Positions 57,251 through 64,000 of a DNA stretch of 64,000 nt are shown in pieces. The notes under the pieces are model-generated. The model had not been told where the DNA came from. It did not search any database and worked only from the letters and a program-made list of their open reading frames with translations. The translations under genes and the position numbers were made by a program. Position 1 is the first letter of the stretch; each line of letters starts with the position of its first letter. The stretch covers positions 124,001 to 188,000 of the IMG/VR virus record IMGVR_UViG_3300035183_000733; one strand, written 5' to 3'.

Positions 57251-57527
57251 ATCCAACCAGGGTGTTCGTGAAGGTGTCATCGAACTTGCTCTTCCAGGCC
57301 GTTTGCGCCGCCTCTGACGAGAAGAGAATCCCGTGCCTTGAGTACGCCAGGGCCTGTCCGCCTTTGACCACCACGACGCACGGTATCGGGTACATGTTCC
57401 TGTACCCGGTGGTGGCTTTGAACCCGGAGTCTATCCCGTCCATGTACACCTCGTATCCTTTTATGCTTCCCTTGTGCGTCCCCTCTGGCATGTTGGGCAG
57501 GTCGTAGTATGGCTTTATGTTTCTCAT
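57249..57527 (-). CDS. hypothetical protein
   Basis: 92-aa ORF abutting phoH. Confidence 0.6.
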   Translation of the reverse strand: MRNIKPYYDLPNMPEGTHKGSIKGYEVYMDGIDSGFKATTGYRNMYPIPCVVVVKGGQALAYSRHGILFSSEAAQTAWKSKFDDTFTNTLVG

Positions 57528-58310
57528 TTAATTCTTGTTCTTTGTGTCGGGCAGGGATCCTTCCGCCTGCGCCTTCTCGTAGTTGTCCACTATCTTTATG
57601 AGCAGCGGGTGACGCACGATGTCTTCCCTTGTGAACTTGAAGTTGAATACGAGTTCGTCCTCGCCGAGGATCTTCTCTATGAAGAAGTCGAACGCAACGT
57701 ACCTCTTGTTGATGTCGTTCTGGTGCTGGTCTCCTATGAGCATCATCTTGGTGTTCTTGCCCATCCTCGTTACGAGTGTGAGCAGCTGCTTCACGTCGCA
57801 GTTCTGGAGCTCATCGGCAATGATGTAGCAGTCCTTAAGCGTACGGCCGCGCATGAACGCGATAGGAACGAATTCTATTACCTTGGAGAACATAGCGGAC
57901 TTAAGGTCCTTGGGCTCCATCATCTCGTTGAGGTTGTCGAGGAACGATGCTACAAACGGTGCTACCTTTTCGTCGAGGTCGCCAGGTAGGAATCCAGTTT
58001 CCTCTCCGGAAGTTTCGAGCGGCTTCACCAGGTAGATCTTCTTTATCTCACCCTTGCGCAGAGCCTCGACCGCTGCATAACATGCAGTGAATGTCTTCGA
58101 CGTTCCCGGGGGACCGGTGATGGTTGTGATTACGCTTTTCGATATACCCTTGTACAAGTCCTGCTGCTTCGGCGAAAGAACCACCTTTTTGAAGTGAGTG
58201 AACTCTTGTACCACCTTCGCGTCGTCGTATGCTTCCTGCATTTCGTAGTTGGACAGCTTCTTCTTGCCGTTCTTCTTGATGCGGTCTTTGCTCTCTTTGG
58301 ATAAACCCAT
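57528..58310 (-). CDS. phoH: PhoH-like ATPase
   Basis: GPPGTSKT, GFLPGDLDEK, AFMRGRTL, IADELQN, TRMG, GDQHQND, DIVRHPL. Confidence 0.95.
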   Translation of the reverse strand: MGLSKESKDRIKKNGKKKLSNYEMQEAYDDAKVVQEFTHFKKVVLSPKQQDLYKGISKSVITTITGPPGTSKTFTACYAAVEALRKGEIKKIYLVKPLETSGEETGFLPGDLDEKVAPFVASFLDNLNEMMEPKDLKSAMFSKVIEFVPIAFMRGRTLKDCYIIADELQNCDVKQLLTLVTRMGKNTKMMLIGDQHQNDINKRYVAFDFFIEKILGEDELVFNFKFTREDIVRHPLLIKIVDNYEKAQAEGSLPDTKNKN

Positions 58311-58331
58311 TATGTTTAAGTTGGTTATGCT

Positions 58332-58961
58332 TTATATATCGTCGCGTCCCTTGAGATGCTTCAGCTTCTTCTCTACCTTTTTTATCTTTATTATCTCAGG
58401 GTTGTACACCACAAGGTGGTACACCTGCGGCAGCTTATGCAGATATGCGTCGTATCCTATGGCCGTCATCGATTTTCCGAATTCCTTCGAGTCTCTGCCA
58501 TACAGGTCGTTGTACAGCCCGAGCGCCGCGTCGAGCATGTTGTCGTTGTCCATGGCGGCCTCTACTGCCATCTCCTTCGCCATATCGATGTCCTGCGCGT
58601 AATTCTGCAGGTTCATCTCGAGCTCCTCTTTGTCCGGATACAGGTCTATGAACTTCCTGAGCTTAGCCTCGTCCGGTTTAGTCTTCTTGTCGAGCACGCG
58701 TTCCGGATCGAGCTCCATGGTTGCGGTGTATATCCAGCCTGGGTCCGATCCGTAGCTTCCCTCTGCATAACCAGACGCCTGCCACTTGAGCCTGCTCCAG
58801 TATATGCCGGGTCCCATCGCGTTCCTGTCGCGGGAATAGTCTTCGGCGTCGAGGTAACGGCCGACGAAGGTGTCAAGCTTCTGCCTGTCCCCGTGATACC
58901 ACAATCCGTCTATGAGTTTCTTGCTTATCATTTGTTGTCGAGAAATCTTTTTTACATGCAC
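58332..58961 (-). CDS. ADP-ribosyltransferase-like (ART-PolyVal-type) domain protein
   Basis: WYHG..KLDTF, GPGIYWS...ASGYA, GYDA, VVYNP; true start uncertain. Confidence 0.55.
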   Translation of the reverse strand: MHVKKISRQQMISKKLIDGLWYHGDRQKLDTFVGRYLDAEDYSRDRNAMGPGIYWSRLKWQASGYAEGSYGSDPGWIYTATMELDPERVLDKKTKPDEAKLRKFIDLYPDKEELEMNLQNYAQDIDMAKEMAVEAAMDNDNMLDAALGLYNDLYGRDSKEFGKSMTAIGYDAYLHKLPQVYHLVVYNPEIIKIKKVEKKLKHLKGRDDI

Positions 58962-59247
58962 TTATTGTCCGTGTAATCCGTGTAATCCATATTTGCTTCT
59001 TAAGTAAGGAGTCGTTGCAGTCGAGATAATCCGTGTAGAGCACGTGATACACGACTGGTATTCTTACGACCTTCTTCCTGAACGGACCGTTTATAGATGC
59101 GCCCGAAGCCTCGTTCTCGAGGAACCTATCGACCTCCTTGTTGACCTTGTTTTTCTGAACCGCCGTTATTTTTGAACCGCATGGATCTTGCGCGAAAAGC
59201 GACAGTGACATCATAATCGCAGCGAATAGTGATAACAGCTTCTTCAT
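58952..59247 (-). pseudogene. internally deleted M43 (pappalysin-like) secreted metalloprotease
   Basis: Signal ..SLFA-Q, RIPVVYHVLY, then out-of-frame MDYTDYTDNKCM* Met-turn fragment; no HExxH remains. Confidence 0.65.
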
Positions 59248-59260
59248 AACTGTTTAGTTT

Positions 59261-62200
59261 TTATTTGAGGTCTAATGGAGTTTTGCCGAATGTTTTGTAT
59301 CCGGACGCTTTCACGTATCCCTTGCGCAGCACGTGCGCGGGGTTGCCATGCGTATCGTCTACCCAGCATTCTATAGAATATGTCGACTCTTCGATGAAGT
59401 TGAATATCAAGTTCTCGTGCTTTACGTCTATGACGGTCTCGCCGGTGGCCTCGTTGATGATGACCCACCTGGTGTTGTCTTTTCCAGGTATCTCGGAGTG
59501 GTTGTGGATGAAGAACACAGGCACGCCAAGTGGGACCTCGAAATCGTCCTTGAATACTCTGAGGTCGTTGTTGCTGAATGACTGTGATCCAGCCCAAGAC
59601 GGTAGGTGCCCACGGTGCTGTGCCCATGGAGTAGGGTATTCTGGACCGAGCGGCTCGGTCTTCACAAATCCCTTTGCCTGCCAGTACGCATAGCTGCTCG
59701 ACGCATTACTTATCAGGTCCTGCAAAGGCGTGTCGAGGAACAGCATGTTAGGATCTATAGACGGGTAAGTCGCGAGTAAATTCGTCAAGTCGTTCTGCTG
59801 CACGAGCCACGTAGGATACGTCCAGCTGTATGGGTCTCCCACGATGCCGCCAGGTGACGACGCCTGCATATAGTCGACGAAGTGCCAACCGTCCGCCCCG
59901 CTCGCCTTGGCGCTCGCCTTGATGTACGGAGGTGATGCTGGCCCCTCGAACACGTGGAAGTCGAACTTCATCAATCCTGGATTTGTGGACGCCTGTAGCT
60001 GCGCAACCGCCTCGAACAGATCGAGCGGCGCTATCGATGGCGACTGATCCACAAACGTGAACCAAGGATAATCGTCTATCCTTATCTGGTCTCCGATCTG
60101 CGGGTTGTATATCTTGAATCCGCCGAGGAAGTCGCCGTGGTAGTCCATCATGTCCCACGTCGAGTGGTACAGCTCGTCCCATGACACGTCCATGTTCATC
60201 CACCTGAGCGCGTATGTGGTACCGAACCTTCTCGCCGGGTTGTCTTTCTCCTCGCTCTCCGCTATGACGACGTTGAGGTCCGCGTAGTTGCCGGTGTACG
60301 GACTTAGTATCTGCGCGTCCTCTTGGTTCCTGTAGCGCTTCCAGTTTATCAGCTGTTCGTGCACGGGTGAATTGTAAAGGCTGATGCCCTCTATAGGAAA
60401 CTCCCACGTAGAACCGGCGAGGTCGTCCCAGGTGTCTGTGGTGCTGTCCCACTGGTATACTGGGAAGTTTCTCCATCTTGCGAATGCTGCAATCTGCAGC
60501 TCCCTTGCGAGGACTTCTATGTATTCGTTCTTTATCTCTACTGACTTTGCGTTGAACATGTCGTACATGTTCATAGTGACCCTGTACTTGCCTGTGTACG
60601 GCAGAAAGTGTGGGAGGTTGTAGTAGTCCTGTATCCTACCCCTTATAGAGAAGTAATAAGGCCTGTCCCCGAATTTCTCTATTATCCACTCTATCTCGTA
60701 GAACATGGAGAAGTCTATCGTATCCCAGGTGAAAGTATTGACATCAGTATCGTCCCATGCGATGTCCAGGTCATCCCACGTGAATTGGGAGATCTTGCCC
60801 TTTAGAATGACGGGACAGCCTGCGACTACGCCCGGCTCGTCCTCTATGTACTTGTCCTTCTCGTCTCTGTACGGCCACGGGAATTTCTTGAGCTCGTCGT
60901 AGAATTCGGTTATGGATTCTAACAGCCCTGGCACGGCGTACGGCGGATAGTGCTGGCCCGTACTGTACGGGTTCACGAGGTTGTCGTAATTGTCGACTGG
61001 CAGGTCGAGTCCTGGACTGAACCTCGTGGTCATGAACCTGCGGATGTCGCGGATGTAACCCACCTGCGGGTCCGCCTCGAATTCTATATCGGCGCCGACT
61101 TTCTGCGGTATGACCTTGAGCTCGTCGGTCCAGCTTCTGGTGCCGTACCTTTCAAAGTAGATACCCTCGCCGACTATGTCGACTATCCTCGCGTTAAGCG
61201 GTACGTACTCGCGCTTGAGTTTCTCTTTGAGAGCGAAAAGCTTCAAGAGCACCTCCTCGTTAGAGAACATGAATGCGTTTTGTGTCCCCGGTATTCCGAA
61301 CTGGTCCACCTCTCCGGTCTCCACCGTTATGTCATAGAACAGACCGAAATTGCCGGTCTTCCTGTATGTCTTGCTCGGTATTAGCGGGTGCTTTAACAGC
61401 GGCTTGTTCGTCTCGTTGAACAGCTGATCTATCTGCATCTGCAATACTTTACCGTAGTTCTCTGAGCTCTCGTCCACATTCAGCCAGTACTCCTTGATGC
61501 GCATGTCCTGGTAGCCGAAGAACCTCACTATGTTGATGAGACCCTTGTACGCGCCCATGTACGGGAATATGTCCTCTCCCGCGACGAACATCTCCTTACG
61601 CTTCTCGTTCAGCATCTGGTAGTCCGGGAGCGCCTCTTTTATGTCGTAATCGCGAAGCATTATCGCGTCGCTGTGCGTGAGCTTGCGACCGAAGTTCTCG
61701 AGCATCAATCTCAATCGGTCGTCCTCGCCGACGGTCTCGCCCTGTAGGGCTATCTTCGCGACTATCCTCGGCGTAGGGAACGACATGTCCTCGATGATGA
61801 GCGTACGGTCGTATATGTCCTCGTCTGGTGACGTGAATCCGAGGTTTATCTTTAGTGGCTCGGAGTTGATGCTCACCACTATCTTCTGCTCATCAGGACT
61901 TATCTCCGTGTACGCTACTGCTGGGTTGCCGTAGTCTATGGTCTCGTACCTCGTAATGTATGGAACACCGTCTTCCTCGGTGACCTGAAACTGGAATATG
62001 TTGGCCTCAGCATCGTTGGTCTCCCACCTCGCACGCCAAACTTCCTGTGTCGGGGATGTCTGTTGACCCAGTACTGGGAATGTGAGCGTGTCTGCTCCAG
62101 GAGATCCGTATATTACGTTCTCGAGTATGAATATGTGTTCGTTTTCGTACAGGCCAATTGACACCTTGGAGAAGTACATATTGCCCTCCCAGTATCCGGT

Positions 62201-62269
62201 CTCCTCGTTGAAGGAGAAGTTCAGGTTATTGCCGGTCTTATCGTAAAATTTCAGGTGCTTATATGACAT
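59261..62269 (-). CDS. baseplate wedge-like protein
   Basis: 1002 aa; GAYKGLINIVRFFGY-type segment and C-terminal PKD-like repeat. Confidence 0.6.
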   Translation of the reverse strand: MSYKHLKFYDKTGNNLNFSFNEETGYWEGNMYFSKVSIGLYENEHIFILENVIYGSPGADTLTFPVLGQQTSPTQEVWRARWETNDAEANIFQFQVTEEDGVPYITRYETIDYGNPAVAYTEISPDEQKIVVSINSEPLKINLGFTSPDEDIYDRTLIIEDMSFPTPRIVAKIALQGETVGEDDRLRLMLENFGRKLTHSDAIMLRDYDIKEALPDYQMLNEKRKEMFVAGEDIFPYMGAYKGLINIVRFFGYQDMRIKEYWLNVDESSENYGKVLQMQIDQLFNETNKPLLKHPLIPSKTYRKTGNFGLFYDITVETGEVDQFGIPGTQNAFMFSNEEVLLKLFALKEKLKREYVPLNARIVDIVGEGIYFERYGTRSWTDELKVIPQKVGADIEFEADPQVGYIRDIRRFMTTRFSPGLDLPVDNYDNLVNPYSTGQHYPPYAVPGLLESITEFYDELKKFPWPYRDEKDKYIEDEPGVVAGCPVILKGKISQFTWDDLDIAWDDTDVNTFTWDTIDFSMFYEIEWIIEKFGDRPYYFSIRGRIQDYYNLPHFLPYTGKYRVTMNMYDMFNAKSVEIKNEYIEVLARELQIAAFARWRNFPVYQWDSTTDTWDDLAGSTWEFPIEGISLYNSPVHEQLINWKRYRNQEDAQILSPYTGNYADLNVVIAESEEKDNPARRFGTTYALRWMNMDVSWDELYHSTWDMMDYHGDFLGGFKIYNPQIGDQIRIDDYPWFTFVDQSPSIAPLDLFEAVAQLQASTNPGLMKFDFHVFEGPASPPYIKASAKASGADGWHFVDYMQASSPGGIVGDPYSWTYPTWLVQQNDLTNLLATYPSIDPNMLFLDTPLQDLISNASSSYAYWQAKGFVKTEPLGPEYPTPWAQHRGHLPSWAGSQSFSNNDLRVFKDDFEVPLGVPVFFIHNHSEIPGKDNTRWVIINEATGETVIDVKHENLIFNFIEESTYSIECWVDDTHGNPAHVLRKGYVKASGYKTFGKTPLDLK

Positions 62270-62285
62270 GTATTATAATCCTTGC

Positions 62286-63146
62286 TTAATTATACCACTT
62301 TATGTTCGGTAGTTCCATTATTTCCTTGCCCATTTCTGACAGCATCTTGCCCATGGAACTGTAAGTGAGCGCACGCCAGTGTAAAGGTGTCTTGCCCGTC
62401 TTAGAGTTCAGCACGATTTTCAACCGTTCGCCGGATAGATTCTTCTCACTCATTCCGAGCGCTTTGAGCATATTCGGCTTGCTACTGAACCCGACCTTTT
62501 GTGGCTTGATCTTACCGTCTTGTATTGTCAGCCTATAATAATCATCGCCAAGCAGAACCATGTTGGCATCCTGTGCATCGGTATTGTCTGCTTTTTTCCT
62601 ACCGTATGATAATACTCTCTGTATCGGTATCGCGTAGAGCCTGGTCGTCCCATCCGGTTGTTTCTCCCCGGTCATTAGTATCATGCTCCCGAGTCCGGCC
62701 TTCGTAAAATTCTCGTTGACATTCTCGTTCATTATCTCTGCATCATCTTGATCGAACACTGCAACCATGTTACCGTCGCGTACCGTGTGACCGTCGAACT
62801 TCTGTAAACGTTCTTTGATGAACAGCGCGTCGTATCCCTGTGATATTAGCTTGGCCTTCCAATTTTTGAAAAACTCGGTATCCTTGGTGTGCTCCATTCG
62901 TATTGCGTCCCACTCGTCCATAGTTATAACTTTCGGATTCTCGTAAGTCAGCTTGCATTTCATGATGTTCTCTCCGAACATCTTGGCAAGCTCTGCATCA
63001 TCAGCAAACCAAATACCGAAAGCCGATGGGCCGCTCTTAGTTTTTGACATATCAAACTTGTCAAACTTACTGTCGGTACCATGATACCAAACAGAACCAT
63101 CGGTATTCTCGGACTCAAATAAGCTATAAGTTTTTATGTGCTTCAT
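62286..63146 (-). CDS. CTS-bearing ADP-ribosyltransferase-like domain plus a second domain
   Basis: Start reset to ATG 63146 (ATGA coupling): MKHIKTYSLFE; WYHGT..FDKF, FGIWFADD..AKMF, GYDA, VAVFD; NENVNE linker. Confidence 0.6.
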   Translation of the reverse strand: MKHIKTYSLFESENTDGSVWYHGTDSKFDKFDMSKTKSGPSAFGIWFADDAELAKMFGENIMKCKLTYENPKVITMDEWDAIRMEHTKDTEFFKNWKAKLISQGYDALFIKERLQKFDGHTVRDGNMVAVFDQDDAEIMNENVNENFTKAGLGSMILMTGEKQPDGTTRLYAIPIQRVLSYGRKKADNTDAQDANMVLLGDDYYRLTIQDGKIKPQKVGFSSKPNMLKALGMSEKNLSGERLKIVLNSKTGKTPLHWRALTYSSMGKMLSEMGKEIMELPNIKWYN

Positions 63147-64000
63147 ATCTTTGGTTTTCCCACCATTAGTTTTATGTGTTCTTTTCCGCCTATATCGCGA
63201 CCGTACCATCCGTCGCCTAGCATATCTGGGTCCGTAGGATGTTTGCCATAGAACATTATATCTTTACCTGGCATCAACTTTTTTATCTCGTCCTTGTCGT
63301 TGATGACGTTGATGTGATACTTGTTTATCAATATCTGCGCGAGCTTGCCGGACACCTCACTGTAGTAACCTATCTTAGATAAATCTTTAGCCTTATGCTC
63401 AAGATACACTTTCTTCGTGTCCTTCTGTCCGTCGTGTCCGACTCCGGAGAATTTTATACCGTATTTTGTCTTCTGTCCGAACACAATTAGATCGAGGTCG
63501 GGGCTTCCATGAATATCGACTCCGCTCCAGAAGTTCCAATCCTTGTCGGCAAAGACGTCCTCTGGCTTTTTGATTTTTGCATGACCACCTATTTCTGAGT
63601 ACGCTGTCGATATTAGATCGAAGAACTCCTTAGAAAGTTCCGGGTGTTCCTTTGGATTTATCTCCACCCACTGGTTTCTCTTCGGATCGAGTATCTCGCC
63701 AGACTTCTCGTCCATCTTAACGAGCTGCAGCACGTGTTTCTGGAATTCTTCGCGAGAAATACGGTGCTCGAGATCGTCCATTATTATCTCAGTGTTCCCG
63801 CTGTAATTATCGGCGAGCCACTTCTTCGTAATATTGGGGTCTATCCATGTATCCTTCTTGCCGAGTATAACAGTCATAGTCGGGGTGGCGCTTGCTGTTC
63901 GGTCCACTTGCACATCGGTCGATTGCTTATGCAAAGCCGGGTTGAATAATATGCCTGGAACGTTCAGCTTTCTGCACAGCCAAAACGCGAGGAACCCGCC
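63143..64000 (-). CDS. YqiA/YcfP-like alpha/beta hydrolase C-terminal half fused in frame to a second domain (5' end outside window)
   Basis: Frame open to the window edge: GGFLAFWL..GILFNPAL..VILGKKD..ID..EHRI, then an unrelated LISTAYSEIGG domain. Confidence 0.55.
   Translation of the reverse strand, partial: GGFLAFWLCRKLNVPGILFNPALHKQSTDVQVDRTASATPTMTVILGKKDTWIDPNITKKWLADNYSGNTEIIMDDLEHRISREEFQKHVLQLVKMDEKSGEILDPKRNQWVEINPKEHPELSKEFFDLISTAYSEIGGHAKIKKPEDVFADKDWNFWSGVDIHGSPDLDLIVFGQKTKYGIKFSGVGHDGQKDTKKVYLEHKAKDLSKIGYYSEVSGKLAQILINKYHINVINDKDEIKKLMPGKDIMFYGKHPTDPDMLGDGWYGRDIGGKEHIKLMVGKPKI

Noticed and set aside
196-63949. Numerous long antisense ORFs in the track (e.g. 14104-14874, 21554-22609, 3768-4664)
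   Set aside because: They are shadows of genes with high GC3 and codon bias on the opposite strand, with no motifs or start context
1-64000. CRISPR array, retron or DGR, integrase, rRNA, group I/II intron or intein
   Set aside because: No repeat-spacer array, reverse transcriptase, recombinase, rRNA-like tract or intein motifs were seen in this window

Overview
64 kb of a T4-like jumbo (myo)phage genome, almost entirely minus-strand, with a Bacteroidota host inferred from TAnnTTTG-type promoters, Gln-after-signal-peptide proteins, T9SS-type cargo and a ClpC-like motif. It holds a replication/recombination block (UvsW, UvsY-like, gp61-like primase, gp32-like SSB, RuvC-like resolvase), very large tail/baseplate genes, PhoH, NadE, DHFR, a site-2 protease and a tmRNA with an apparently 35-aa tag. 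The most notable unexplained features are: (i) about 15 genes sharing an N-terminal MKxIKxFxxFxNE peptide resembling the T4 capsid-targeting sequence, whose cargo includes ADP-ribosyltransferase-like, nucleotidyltransferase and ParB/Srx-like domains; (ii) a coiled-coil gene followed immediately by a ~210-nt closed, multi-stem candidate ncRNA; (iii) an RNA-ligase-like/HIGH-nucleotidyltransferase fusion near a pol-beta-type NTase; (iv) phage-encoded T9SS cargo proteins; (v) a 44-aa stand-alone ClpC-like UVR motif. Accessory regions carry many lesions (a 681-bp inversion whose reversal restores a gene in frame, a collapsed tandem duplication, homopolymer indels, internal stops, deletions) while the long structural ORFs are intact, so these may be real decay or amplification/assembly artefacts. 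All family assignments are from motifs read by eye; no database search was run.
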